A DNA stretch of 64,000 nucleotides from Candidatus Uhrbacteria bacterium (GCA_016844925.1 JAERTI010000043.1:133110-197109); one strand, 5' to 3'. Shown: positions 1 to 9,863, counted from the stretch's first letter. Numbers and translations: made by a program. The notes: generated by a model from the letters alone, not told the origin.

Positions 1-16
1 GTCCATCGCGAGCTTC

Positions 17-502
17 GTGATTGGGTTCATTGTTCTGCTGCTTATGGCCTGCACGTTTGGGCCACTGCTCTTGGCCGTATGGGTAGTGGAAACCGTTCGC
101 GAGTTCTCGTACGAGAGGAAGCAGAAGCGCCTAGAGAAGATTGCTGGACAGAGCGTGACGTACGTCGGGTACGTAGGTGAGGGTTCCTCCGTCAGCGGAC
201 CGATCGGTTTCGTTGAATTGAACCCACTCGATGGAGTCTGTCGTCGCGATAACGTGCGGCTCGTCCTTCTGGATGACGGCTCCGTGCTCACAGAGGTCTA
301 TGACAAGGCGAGTAACACGACGTACTCCGAGACCATTCACCCCGACTTTCCGGAGGCGGAGATTTGTGGACAGGGGGCGTTGCTCTTCCAGTTCATCTTG
401 TTTCCGGACAAGGAGAAGGGGAAGGCTTGGCAGAAACGGCTTCTGCATCAACGGCGACGCAAGCAAGAGAAGCGTCGAGCAAAGATGATGATACGGTGGT
501 AG
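17..502 (+). CDS. Hypothetical membrane-anchored protein, paralog of 1628..2143
   Basis: 161-aa ORF with N-terminal hydrophobic helix; shares YVGY / DDGSVL / IHPxxPE / GQG / ILF..KE...W pattern with 1628..2143; start uncertain at window edge. Confidence 0.7.
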   Translation: MIGFIVLLLMACTFGPLLLAVWVVETVREFSYERKQKRLEKIAGQSVTYVGYVGEGSSVSGPIGFVELNPLDGVCRRDNVRLVLLDDGSVLTEVYDKASNTTYSETIHPDFPEAEICGQGALLFQFILFPDKEKGKAWQKRLLHQRRRKQEKRRAKMMIRW

Positions 503-509
503 GGGAAAC

Positions 510-574
510 AATACGTAAGTACCGATGAGCTTACGGCTCGATTGGGAAACGGGGCAGCAACGACGCGCTGCCCT
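510..574 (+). repeat. 65-nt structured intergenic repeat, copy 1
   Basis: 58/65 identical to 1491..1555; hairpins TAC-GTAA-GTA, CCGA-TGAGC..GCTCG-ATTGG, GGGGCAGC..GCTGCCCT. Confidence 0.85.
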
Positions 575-700
575 CCGGTTCTCTGGATAGGACTTTGGTC
601 CTGCACAGAGCGGCGGAGCTGCGCCGGTAACTCACCGCAGGTGGGGCCGCGCGCAGAACGTCATAAGGATCCCGTGTCCCGTAAGGGGCTAAAGGGTGTC

Positions 701-1492
701 ATGCTAGAGGTTTTTCCAAGCGCCTACCTCGAGGTGGTGGCCCGCGCGTCACAGAGCCATTGGTACATGCGACGTTCAAGAAACTACATCGAGTCACGGA
801 CTGGGTGTTTTCAGGTGACGGTACTCAGCGAGACCGGCAACCGGCGACAGTTTCTTGTTTCTGAGTTGCGCTCGGTGTTACTGGGATTCCCCGGCCGCAA
901 GGAGATGCAGATCACCTGGGCCGGAGACGCACGTCACGTGAATGTCTTCTGGGAACATCGCACGCATCAGCTTTGTCTCGGCGAGCACGAGATTAGCTGG
1001 AGTGAGCGAGTGCTCGTGGAGGAGGAGCCAGAAGGTCTCCCTGAGCGAGTGCTCGAAAGACCGCCGTTTCTCAGATACAACCTCCGTTCGCTGGAGGGCG
1101 CTCGTCGAGAGTACGCTGAGGCACTTGAAAGCAGGTGGCGGATGGAGCGAATGAAGGTGGCTGCCAGTACGATGGGCCTGATGACACCGTCGACGCTCGG
1201 CATGGCGGGCATGACCCTGCCGATTTGCCTTCACTGGCAAGAGAGTTCGGAGTACATCTGGGGAAAGGTTCGCGCACGCTACAGCCTGGCACTGAACGCT
1301 GCTCAGGTGCAGCTCGTCCGCGGCGATGGTTCATTGGAGGAGTGGGTCATCACCAAGAGTGGAGAGTGCGAGATTGGGCCGACGTTGGTTTCCATCAATC
1401 TCTTTCCTCGTTCCGTGAGGGCCTTCAAGAAGATGCTCCTTCAGAGTGAGCTGGGGCCAGACCTCAGGAAGATGCAAGACGAAGAAAAATAA
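701..1492 (+). CDS. Hypothetical protein
   Basis: ORF 542..1492; the 5' part overlaps the structured repeat, so start more likely ATG 701 (or 767); no recognisable motif. Confidence 0.6.
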   Translation: MLEVFPSAYLEVVARASQSHWYMRRSRNYIESRTGCFQVTVLSETGNRRQFLVSELRSVLLGFPGRKEMQITWAGDARHVNVFWEHRTHQLCLGEHEISWSERVLVEEEPEGLPERVLERPPFLRYNLRSLEGARREYAEALESRWRMERMKVAASTMGLMTPSTLGMAGMTLPICLHWQESSEYIWGKVRARYSLALNAAQVQLVRGDGSLEEWVITKSGECEIGPTLVSINLFPRSVRAFKKMLLQSELGPDLRKMQDEEK

Positions 1493-1555
1493 TACGTAAG
1501 TACCGACGTGCTCTCGGCACGATTGGGAAACGGGGCAGTAATGACGCGCTGCCCT
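1491..1555 (+). repeat. 65-nt structured intergenic repeat, copy 2
   Basis: Direct repeat of 510..574, overlapping the stop codon of the preceding ORF. Confidence 0.85.
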
Positions 1556-1627
1556 TCAATTGCTTGCTTTCGACTCGGGTCGAGGGTGAACTATTGAATC
1601 ACGCGAGGTGATCTAAAGGAGAGGAGC

Positions 1628-2143
1628 GTGGGAGAGGTATTTGTCCTCGTGATGCTTGGTGTCCTTGCGGTGTTCGGCTTGGTGCTGTTTGACGAGACGG
1701 ACTACAGGCAGAAGAGGCTGGACTGGGATCGCCTCTGGAAAGAACATTGGCTGCTGCGGCGCGTGGACAGGTTGTCTGTACGTTATCACGCCTGGGAACA
1801 TCGTCGGATGATCGAATCTACAGGAGCCTTTGTTGGCTACTGGTTCGAGGAGAGGCCATGGCCTTTTCCCGATGGCATCGCTCAGTTCAGCAGGAATCAG
1901 TCAACGTACCGGGTCGAAGGAATGCACATGGTGCGGACAGATTCCGGTGAGGTGCTGATTAGGCTCTCCGCCTGGAACAGGACACTTCATGGGGCACTGC
2001 ACCCGGCGCAGCCTGAAGAGGTCATCAGTTACCAGGGGAGGGATCTGTGCACCCTTGTCCTCTTTGACAGGAAGGAACAGGCACAGCAGTGGCTCAAGGC
2101 GCGAGAGTTGCTGGAGCAAGAGAGGCTTGAAGGGGAAGAGTGA
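1628..2143 (+). CDS. Hypothetical membrane-anchored protein, paralog of 17..502
   Basis: GTG start after AGGAGAGGAG; N-terminal TM helix; motif similarity to ORF 17..502. Confidence 0.75.
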   Translation: MGEVFVLVMLGVLAVFGLVLFDETDYRQKRLDWDRLWKEHWLLRRVDRLSVRYHAWEHRRMIESTGAFVGYWFEERPWPFPDGIAQFSRNQSTYRVEGMHMVRTDSGEVLIRLSAWNRTLHGALHPAQPEEVISYQGRDLCTLVLFDRKEQAQQWLKARELLEQERLEGEE

Positions 2144-2312
2144 GCATGTCGCATGCTTGCCGCCCACCTAAGTCGTATCAGGAATGTGACGACTAGCGCG
2201 ACGAAATCAAAACGACCCAGCCGTACGTGGCCAGGTCGATTTTTTATTTGAGGTGATTACTTGGATGGAGTTTTGTTTTCCCAAAAAGTAAGATCTTTTT
2301 CACGAACAACTC

Positions 2313-2341
2313 TTGACAAAAGCCCTAAAATAAGCTATTGT
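2313..2341 (+). promoter_or_regulatory. Sigma70-type promoter
   Basis: TTGACA-17 nt-TATTGT. Confidence 0.6.
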
Positions 2342-2595
2342 TTCGCGTGGCATGATTACAACACTGGCGAGCAAAATTCTCTTAAAATGGAATTGCCAGC
2401 GGGTACTTGAGTCCCCGAAAAGCACTCAGAAACACGCGCAAGCGGTTCTCCTTCTCAGAAGGATTTAGGGCCATTTGCGCGTGTTTTATTTTCTCGCAGC
2501 ACGTATTGGTCACCCAACGCGCTTGGGACTTATGTGAGTCTCGGGCGCGTTGGGGGACGCACTCGAAAAAGGTCGCTTCAAAAGGAGTGATCAAT

Positions 2596-3336
2596 ATGTG
2601 GCTTGATGATCCGGTTTACAGACTTCGCTCCATCGTGAGGATGGAGATGTATCGTGTGGCGGAGCTCGGAGAGTGGCCATCCTACATCGACGTGGAGAAG
2701 TCCTTGCTCGGCCGCGTGCCGACGGACGAAGGCACGGCTCCTGGCTTCGACGCCGGGATTGCCTGCTGCCTGGACCTCATCCCGGAGGACAAGCAGAAGC
2801 TGTCGGCCACGCTCCATGCAGCGTACACGCAAGAGGCGGTCGAGCAGGTGCGAGAGGAGATCAAGACGTTCGACCCGTATTCGGAGACAACCTGGTGGCT
2901 CGCCATGTCGTCGGTCTGTCGTCCTGGTGAGGTCACTGAGGAGCAGTTCCTCGATCAGGTGAAGCTCGCGGCATTCTACGCCGCGCACCCCGGTCTGCTG
3001 CCGGTGAACGCCGAGCGCATGCTCAAGGCCATGAAGGAGCGCTTCGTGGTCCGTCCAGATGGCGTCGCGTACGGCACGGAGATGGGAGCGGCTCAGGCTG
3101 CCTACATCGCCGGTCACGATCTCACGGTCGAATACAACAAGACCTACGGCATCTACTTCATCGCAACGTTCCGCGAGTCTCTCGGGCTCGAGGAGTTCCA
3201 GTGGGCTGACGGAGTGGACGAGAAGGGGCTGCCTACGAGCGGACCGGTTCACGGGAGCCGGCAGTTTGTGAAGGCAGCCACGGTCAAGGAGCTGAAGGCA
3301 GCGCTCGAGATCGCAAAGAAGCACTTGGGCCTCTGA
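2596..3336 (+). CDS. Hypothetical protein (GC-rich, SD-led)
   Basis: ATG 2596 after AAAGGAG; strong G/C-ending codons from this ATG on; upstream ORF extension lies in a hairpin-rich leader. Confidence 0.75.
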   Translation: MWLDDPVYRLRSIVRMEMYRVAELGEWPSYIDVEKSLLGRVPTDEGTAPGFDAGIACCLDLIPEDKQKLSATLHAAYTQEAVEQVREEIKTFDPYSETTWWLAMSSVCRPGEVTEEQFLDQVKLAAFYAAHPGLLPVNAERMLKAMKERFVVRPDGVAYGTEMGAAQAAYIAGHDLTVEYNKTYGIYFIATFRESLGLEEFQWADGVDEKGLPTSGPVHGSRQFVKAATVKELKAALEIAKKHLGL

Positions 3337-3540
3337 GGTCCGCACCGGTTGAGTGATCCGGTAAAACACTCACGACTTGTTCACATGCGTGTGAACACGG
3401 CGACGAGCACCACGCGCTCGTCCCCTGATATCTGTGATCAAGATGTTGTTCATAGATATCAGGCACTTGATGGCGCCCAGGACCTTCTTGTTTTGCAAAT
3501 ACAGAATCAAAAACAAGCTCTTGCGGAGCTTGTTTTTGTT

Positions 3541-5799
3541 TTAGCGTCGCGCTGTTCCCCCTTGGGTCACATCTTCCAGGTGTACAGACAGGAGGTTTGA
3601 GATTCCCTCCGTTCCCATGGTTACACCGTAGAGCACGTCAGCTTGCTCCATTGTCGCGCGGTTGTGCGTGATGATGACGAACTGGGAGTTCTTGGAGAGC
3701 TCGGAGAGAATACCGGCGAAGCGAATGGTATTGGCTTCGTCGAGTGCTGCATCTACCTCATCGAGCACGACAAACGGCGATGGGTTCACGGCCATGATGG
3801 CGCTGATCAGGGCAATGGATGTCAGGGCACGCTCACCACCAGAAAGCAGGTTCAGGGCCTTCAGGCGCTTGCCCGGCGGAGTGGCCTGAATGTCCACGCC
3901 AATGACAGGGTCCTTGTGCTTCTTGATTTTTGTTTCAATGGTCTCGTCTTTTTCACGTTGCTCCTCGCCGGTATCAGCGAACGCACGATCTGGCGTGACC
4001 CCTTCGGATTCTTCTTCTGTGTCTTCGCGCGTGAGCTTCACAAGGCGACAGCTTCCGCCGCCAAAGAGCATCTTGAAGTACTTCTCAAATTCTTTGTTGA
4101 TCTTGTTGAAGACCTTCTTTGATTGCTTCTCGATCTGCTCATCTAATTCTTCGATGACTTTTTCTGTGGACTTGATGGCCTTATGGAGGTCACCCACCTG
4201 TCCATCCAGGAAGTCGAAGCGCTCACGGGTCTGCTCGTACTCCTGAATGATTTCAGGATCGATTCCACCGATAAGTTCAAGCTTGTAGCGCAGGCGCTGG
4301 ATCTCTGGATAGACATCTTCTGCCGGTGTAGATGCTGGACGCTGTGCTCGGACATTCACCGCACGATCCTTCATGAACTCATCCATTTCTCGGATGAGGG
4401 CCCCTTGGCGCTCCTCATAGCGGGCAAGGTCGATTTTCAGGCCATTGCGACGGTTCTCAAGGAGGTGAATCTGTCGCTGCTTCTCGCGAAGAACCTTCTG
4501 TGTCTGGATGAGTTCTGTGCGATCGGTTTTCTCCTTGCTTACATATCCATCAATCTCTTTCTCTACAGCGCCAAGTTCCTTGGTAACGCCTTCTGCCTGT
4601 TTTTTGAGATCAGCAAGTCTTGCCACGAGCTTTGGATCCGGCTTGATGTCTTCCGGATTTGGGCGCTGGAGTTTCTTGTGGAGATCTGACGACTGTTTAA
4701 AAATCGCATCTACTTCTGCATGGAGCTCGGCTGCTTCTGAAATGTTCTTCAGTCCCTTGATACCCTTTACGATTGCGCCAACGACTTCGACGATACGGAT
4801 GAGGGGAAGGGGAGCCCAGTTGCTCTGGGCACGCACACGCGTGAGTTCGATTTCTTTTTCTGTCTGAAACTGTTGGTCGCGCAGGGTGCGTCGTTTCTTT
4901 TGCACTTCTCGGTACTTTGCTTGCAGGGCCACAAGACCGGTGTCTGGTTCATCTTCGACCTTCTCGATCTTTTCCATCTCAGCTTCTAGGGCCTTGAGGG
5001 TGGTGCGCTCAGCGGCGATTTCTTGATCTGCCGTTTCAAAGTTCTTCTTTACGGCCTCTAAGCTATCGACAAGATCCCACCACTGCTTTCCGTAGTGCTG
5101 CTGCTCGAGCATGTGGAGACTCTCCTCGATGGCTCCGCGCTTTTCCAGTCGATTGGCCTGACGCTTAAGGGAGCGCAGGCGCGGTTCGATCTCGCGTAGG
5201 AGCATCTCAACGTCCGCGAGATTCTGGTGAGTCTTTTTCAGTTTCAAAATGGCGTTGTGACGTTTGATCTGAAATGGTTTGACCCCCGTGGCGTCATCAA
5301 AGAAGGCTTTTCGCTCCTCTGGAGTAGAAACCAGAATGTGATCGATCATTCCCTGACCAACGACGGAGTACGACCGCTGCCCAACGTTCGCCTGGGCGAG
5401 CAGGAGCTGGATGTCATTAAGACGCACCTTTGAATCGTTCAGAAGATACTCGGAGCTTCCATCTCGGAACAGGCGTCGGGTGATGGTGACCTCACTATAT
5501 TCGATGGGCATGGCGCCATCTTCGTTATTCAACGAAAGGCTCACTTCAGCAAAGCCAGCACGACCCTTTCCTTCTGATCCAGAAAAAATAACATCCTGCG
5601 ATTGTTTTCCGCGCAGGAGCTTTAAACTTTGCTCGCCGAGCACCCATCGAATGGCGTCAGCGAGGTTTGATTTTCCAGAGCCGTTTGGCCCCACAACAGC
5701 CGTAATAGGGGAGCGATCTGGCTTTGGGGGTAAGAAACTAAGGCTGGTTTTTTTGGCAAAGGTTTTGAATCCCTGTATCTCAAGCTTGGTCAAGTGCAT
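3541..5799 (-). CDS. smc: SMC-family chromosome segregation ATPase (short form, 752 aa)
   Basis: Walker A GPNGSGKSN, Q-loop VGQG, signature LSGGE, Walker B VVLDEVDAALD, ITHN; coiled coils. Confidence 0.9.
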   Translation of the reverse strand: MHLTKLEIQGFKTFAKKTSLSFLPPKPDRSPITAVVGPNGSGKSNLADAIRWVLGEQSLKLLRGKQSQDVIFSGSEGKGRAGFAEVSLSLNNEDGAMPIEYSEVTITRRLFRDGSSEYLLNDSKVRLNDIQLLLAQANVGQRSYSVVGQGMIDHILVSTPEERKAFFDDATGVKPFQIKRHNAILKLKKTHQNLADVEMLLREIEPRLRSLKRQANRLEKRGAIEESLHMLEQQHYGKQWWDLVDSLEAVKKNFETADQEIAAERTTLKALEAEMEKIEKVEDEPDTGLVALQAKYREVQKKRRTLRDQQFQTEKEIELTRVRAQSNWAPLPLIRIVEVVGAIVKGIKGLKNISEAAELHAEVDAIFKQSSDLHKKLQRPNPEDIKPDPKLVARLADLKKQAEGVTKELGAVEKEIDGYVSKEKTDRTELIQTQKVLREKQRQIHLLENRRNGLKIDLARYEERQGALIREMDEFMKDRAVNVRAQRPASTPAEDVYPEIQRLRYKLELIGGIDPEIIQEYEQTRERFDFLDGQVGDLHKAIKSTEKVIEELDEQIEKQSKKVFNKINKEFEKYFKMLFGGGSCRLVKLTREDTEEESEGVTPDRAFADTGEEQREKDETIETKIKKHKDPVIGVDIQATPPGKRLKALNLLSGGERALTSIALISAIMAVNPSPFVVLDEVDAALDEANTIRFAGILSELSKNSQFVIITHNRATMEQADVLYGVTMGTEGISNLLSVHLEDVTQGGTARR

Positions 5800-5863
5800 A
5801 CCTGGCGATTATAGCACGGTTGACGCTCTTCAAAAGGTGCGGTAGTCTCAGTCGCTATTACCT

Positions 5864-6859
5864 ATGGAAACTTACATTCACAAACAAATTTTCGACCAAC
5901 TCATCAGCGCCAAGCGTCCAGTCTTTATCTCAGACGAGCGGATCGATGGTGACAGTCTTGGGGCGTCCCTTGCACTGGTTGATTATATGACCCAGCGGGG
6001 CGTGAAGGTGCCAGTGTATGTGCCAGGTCCTGTTCCTGAGCAATACCAGCGTCTGCCTCATGTGGGGCAATGCACGTACGATAAAGGGATTTTTGATGAT
6101 TCAGAGATTGATTTGATTGTCGTCTTCGACTGCTCTGACGATCAGTACGTGAAGGGGCTTCTAGATCTGATTCCAGGGAATCCTACGGTCATCAACATCG
6201 ATCACCACGCGACGAATAATCGGTTTGGAGATATTAATCAGGTTGTGGTGGAGGCACCGGCGACGGCCTATGTTATCTATCAGTTCTTTCAGGTGAATAA
6301 CATTCTTCCGTCCCGAGACGCATCGACGTGTTTGTTGACCGGTATTTGTTTCGACACATCGGCGCTTTCTAATGGGGCGACAAATGAGTCCGCGTTTGAG
6401 GTGTCTTCAAAGTTGGTGCTTCATGGGGCTCGTATTCAAGATGTGATCCGTACGATGTTTCTAAATCGGTCCATCTCTGCGTTGCGTGTGTGGGGGTCAG
6501 CACTAGAGCGGTTGACGGTTCACGGGGAGACGAAGGTGGTGACGACGTATCTGACCCGTAAGGACATGGAAGAGAACGATGTGACAGATGATGAGATCGA
6601 CGGCCTCTCAAACTTTTTGAACCTTGTGACAGATACGGACATGCTCTGCGTTTTACGTGAGACGACCGAGGGGGGTGTGAAGGCCTCCATGCGTTCGCTG
6701 ACACAAGACGTTGGAAGTATTGCTAAGCGCTATGGCGGGGGAGGGCATGCACGCGCGGCTGGTTTTTCCGTACCAGAAGCTCGTGTGCATTGTGATGAGG
6801 GTGGACGTTGGTGTGTGCTTGGAACGGATGGAAAGGAAATAGAAATTGAGCTATCCTAA
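5864..6859 (+). CDS. DHH/DHHA1 phosphoesterase (NrnA-like)
   Basis: DGDSLG, VFDC, NIDHH, DT and GGGHARAAG motifs. Confidence 0.9.
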   Translation: METYIHKQIFDQLISAKRPVFISDERIDGDSLGASLALVDYMTQRGVKVPVYVPGPVPEQYQRLPHVGQCTYDKGIFDDSEIDLIVVFDCSDDQYVKGLLDLIPGNPTVINIDHHATNNRFGDINQVVVEAPATAYVIYQFFQVNNILPSRDASTCLLTGICFDTSALSNGATNESAFEVSSKLVLHGARIQDVIRTMFLNRSISALRVWGSALERLTVHGETKVVTTYLTRKDMEENDVTDDEIDGLSNFLNLVTDTDMLCVLRETTEGGVKASMRSLTQDVGSIAKRYGGGGHARAAGFSVPEARVHCDEGGRWCVLGTDGKEIEIELS

Positions 6860-6866
6860 TTGTCGT

Positions 6867-7481
6867 ATGAATACTATTCAATCTAGTTATAGCGATCCAA
6901 CAGATCAGATCCTCATCCCAACGGTGATCGAGAAGACACACATGGGGGAGCGGGCTTACGACATTTATTCCCGGCTGCTCAAAGATCGAATCATCTTTCT
7001 TGGAACAGCGATTGATGACACGGTAGCGAACCTCATTATTGCCCAGATGCTGTTTCTTGAAAGTCAGGACAAGAGCAAGGACATTAAGTTGTACGTGAAT
7101 TCACCAGGAGGTTCTGTAACAGCAGGGCTCGCGATTTACGATGCTATGCAGTATGTGAAGCCAGACGTTTCCACGATTTGTGTAGGTATGGCGGCATCAA
7201 TGGGAGCTGTTTTGCTCACGGCAGGTGCGAAAGGAAAACGATTCGTCCTTCCAAACTCCGAGGTGATGATTCACCAGGTGCTCGGTGGCGTGCAGGGTCA
7301 GGCAACAGACATCAAGATCCATGCCGAGCGAATCTTGAAGATGAAGGATCGTTTGAACACCATTTTGGCCAAACATTCAGGGAAAAAGAAGGCTCTCGTT
7401 GAAGAAGATGCCGAGCGTGACTACTTTTTGAGTGCTGCAGAAGCTGTTAAATACGGTCTGGTCGATAAGGTGATTAAATAG
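6867..7481 (+). CDS. clpP: ATP-dependent Clp protease proteolytic subunit
   Basis: [31 protein letters not shown] (catalytic Ser), MIHQ; start placed at ATG 6867. Confidence 0.97.
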   Translation: MNTIQSSYSDPTDQILIPTVIEKTHMGERAYDIYSRLLKDRIIFLGTAIDDTVANLIIAQMLFLESQDKSKDIKLYVNSPGGSVTAGLAIYDAMQYVKPDVSTICVGMAASMGAVLLTAGAKGKRFVLPNSEVMIHQVLGGVQGQATDIKIHAERILKMKDRLNTILAKHSGKKKALVEEDAERDYFLSAAEAVKYGLVDKVIK

Positions 7482-7647
7482 CCTACACAGACTTGGGCCT
7501 GGATATATAGGGGAAAAACAGTGGATGTATCAGGGATTATCAACAAAAAACCGGGCAAAAAGCCCGGTTTTTAAGTACTTTTCTTTTATTGCTCAAATAC
7601 CTTGCCCAGATCAAAAATATGCGCTATTATGGGAGTTGTTCAGACAC

Positions 7648-7676
7648 TTGACAACTTTCTCGTATCTGTGTAGACT
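7648..7676 (+). promoter_or_regulatory. Sigma70-type promoter with no downstream + strand gene
   Basis: TTGACA-17 nt-TAGACT. Confidence 0.65.
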
Positions 7677-7681
7677 TGCTT

Positions 7682-7877
7682 CTTGTCTCAAGTCTCCTCT
7701 TTTTGACTCGGGACAGAAACCATTGCAGCCAGTGATCTGCAGGCACGACAAGCATGGGATTTCATATCGTGGATACATCAGGCTTCCGGGCTCGATCTCT
7801 CCTCGACTGAAATTTCTTGCCTGCAGGTCATTGACCGCAATGAGAGAAAACGATTCGCAACCGCGGGTCGTTTTTTC
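7682..7877 (+). ncRNA. Candidate structured small RNA (~195 nt)
   Basis: Promoter upstream; 16-bp stem 7730-7745/7818-7833 with G-U pairs on + strand, extended by CATTGC/GCAATG; ends in terminator 7845-7877. Confidence 0.55.
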
Positions 7878-7934
7878 GTTAACAAGATCTTACGTCTGTT
7901 CGAATTTCCCGCGCAAGTTTTTTTGTGGATAAGC

Positions 7935-9863
7935 CTACTCATCAGAGCTCTCCTCGGCCTCCTCCTCTTCTGCGCCACTGGCCTCTTCCTCAGAAGAACC
8001 CTCGACTGATTCCTCGTTCTCTTCTTCGGCATCTGGGTCAATGCCCACTAGGCAGATTTTTGCGAGCGGTCGGTAATGTGAGTCAAAGGTTGTTTCTTCT
8101 AGCTCGCCATCTGGATGTGCCACAGAGTACGTAAACGAGGTGTCAGCTCCAATGTGAGCCTCCTGACACTCTTCTTCTCCAGGTTCCAGGTCCTCTGTTT
8201 CAATGTACTGCGTTTCTCCAACAGGAATCCAGCGGTGAACGACGGGTGCGGTGTACGAACCCTGTCGACCATCGGACGTTCCCCAGAAGGTGAAACGGAG
8301 TTCTTGTGTCTCGGTAAGGTTCTCGGCTTGGAAGAGGACGTACGAGTCCGTGTTGTTGGTGAACTTATAATCCGGAGCAGGTTCGTAGATAGTAGCGTCT
8401 GTTCCAGGGAGTCCGTTGGATGGATCGTTGTAGTAGGAGACAACAAGGGAGTGATTACGTCTTTCTGCTACCGAGAGACCGGCATTCATGGTTGCGCGGA
8501 AGGTGGTGGTTCCAATCTGACAGAGCCCTCCACCGATCTCTGGTTCGATTTTGTCACCTTTAATAACAAGTTCTGGGAGGTAGCCATTTTCGAAGGTGAA
8601 AGGAGAGAGGGATTCAACAAGAGAAAAGGTTTCTTCTGGAGCGATCAGGATACCGTTGAGAAGATCAACGCCGTTTTGAATGTTTTGTTGGCGATTCCAT
8701 GGGCTGCCTCGGTAGCTGGATGTGCCGGTGCCGAGGATTTCCGTAATACCGAGATCATTAATATCAGCAACGGTCACCGATGGCTCCTCCGTAACGATGG
8801 TGAGTTCAATGGTCTTTTCTTCTGGGGAGCGGACGAGCGTAAGAAGTTCCTCTGTAAGAAGGTTGATGGCAACAGATTGTCCATTCTCGCTTTCGACAAA
8901 ATCCGTAACGCGTCCGTCTGTAAGTTCCAGACGCGCATCTTGCGCTGGGCTGTCCACGCTGGTTGTGATGGTTTCGGTCCACGTGGTGAGGAGTTCCTCA
9001 TCCAGGGCAAGTTGACCATCTTCGCCAGGGAGAAGCATCTCACTGAGCTGCTCAGCGGTAAGTTCCCAGGTGAGTCCTTCGTCGGTTAGCGCAATTTTGT
9101 ACGGGGCGGCTGCGAGTGCTGCTGTCGCGGCCTCAGATTGACTCTTAGCGCTCGCAACAGATACACGGGGTTCCTGGTCCAAGAGCCCGATCTCAATCGT
9201 TGAGGTATCTAGCAGAGTTAGCTGACCAGAAAGTGTCTCAAAGAATGGTTCCCACTGGAACTCTCGCCCGGCCTCGCCGGTTTTTACGTTGACTAGCCAT
9301 CCTTCTGAGGTGAGTGCTGGCTGAAAACTTGCGCTTACCGAGAGGGATTCTGTTTCTGGGAACAGCTCGAGTACACGGGCCTTTACCAGATCTTCTTGTG
9401 CGCTTACCAATACGCCTGTGTGAACTGGCTCAAAGAGACGTTCAAGCATGCGAAGCGTATCGCCATGAGGGGTTGTCCCATGAAATGCCATGAGGTTCTC
9501 AATCGTGTCATCGAGGTAAAAGGCCACGTCCTCAATAAGGTCTGTTGAAACGAGCGTGACCAGTGAGAGAGGCTTCTCCTCTCCATCTACACGGACCACA
9601 AGTCCGCCAGTCACAATCTCGTCGATCTTTTCTTGGAGGAGTACTTGTGCCTGCTCTGGGTCGAGACCACCTAAGGCAAGCTCTCCAATGTAAACGTTTG
9701 GCGGAATGCGCCCCTCATACTCTTGGGCCCAAACATAGGCGCCAGCTACAAATAGAACGAGCATCATGCCAAGGCTGATGCCGAGGAATGTGAGTGCCTT
9801 CCAAAAACCTCTCGGCTTGTCTGCCGAGAGGAGGTTGTGGTCTTTGTGAAGATTGTCAGTCAT
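7935..9863 (-). CDS. VanW-family protein with N-terminal TM anchor
   Basis: GGGLCQIGTTTFRA, ERRNHS..VSYY, GTDATIY, DYKFTNNT; acidic tail. Confidence 0.9.
   Translation of the reverse strand: MTDNLHKDHNLLSADKPRGFWKALTFLGISLGMMLVLFVAGAYVWAQEYEGRIPPNVYIGELALGGLDPEQAQVLLQEKIDEIVTGGLVVRVDGEEKPLSLVTLVSTDLIEDVAFYLDDTIENLMAFHGTTPHGDTLRMLERLFEPVHTGVLVSAQEDLVKARVLELFPETESLSVSASFQPALTSEGWLVNVKTGEAGREFQWEPFFETLSGQLTLLDTSTIEIGLLDQEPRVSVASAKSQSEAATAALAAAPYKIALTDEGLTWELTAEQLSEMLLPGEDGQLALDEELLTTWTETITTSVDSPAQDARLELTDGRVTDFVESENGQSVAINLLTEELLTLVRSPEEKTIELTIVTEEPSVTVADINDLGITEILGTGTSSYRGSPWNRQQNIQNGVDLLNGILIAPEETFSLVESLSPFTFENGYLPELVIKGDKIEPEIGGGLCQIGTTTFRATMNAGLSVAERRNHSLVVSYYNDPSNGLPGTDATIYEPAPDYKFTNNTDSYVLFQAENLTETQELRFTFWGTSDGRQGSYTAPVVHRWIPVGETQYIETEDLEPGEEECQEAHIGADTSFTYSVAHPDGELEETTFDSHYRPLAKICLVGIDPDAEEENEESVEGSSEEEASGAEEEEAEESSDE

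Noticed and set aside
510-1555. CRISPR array, integron attC or hammerhead ribozyme reading of the 65-nt repeat
   Set aside because: Only two copies ~1 kb apart; no RYYYAAC/GTTRRRY ends; CCGATGA resembles the hammerhead core CTGATGA but becomes CCGACGT in copy 2.
7537-7932. oriC (DnaA boxes TTATCAACA at 7537 and TGTGGATAA at 7924)
   Set aside because: Only one perfect and one near box ~390 bp apart; no cluster, no dnaA, no clear unwinding element.
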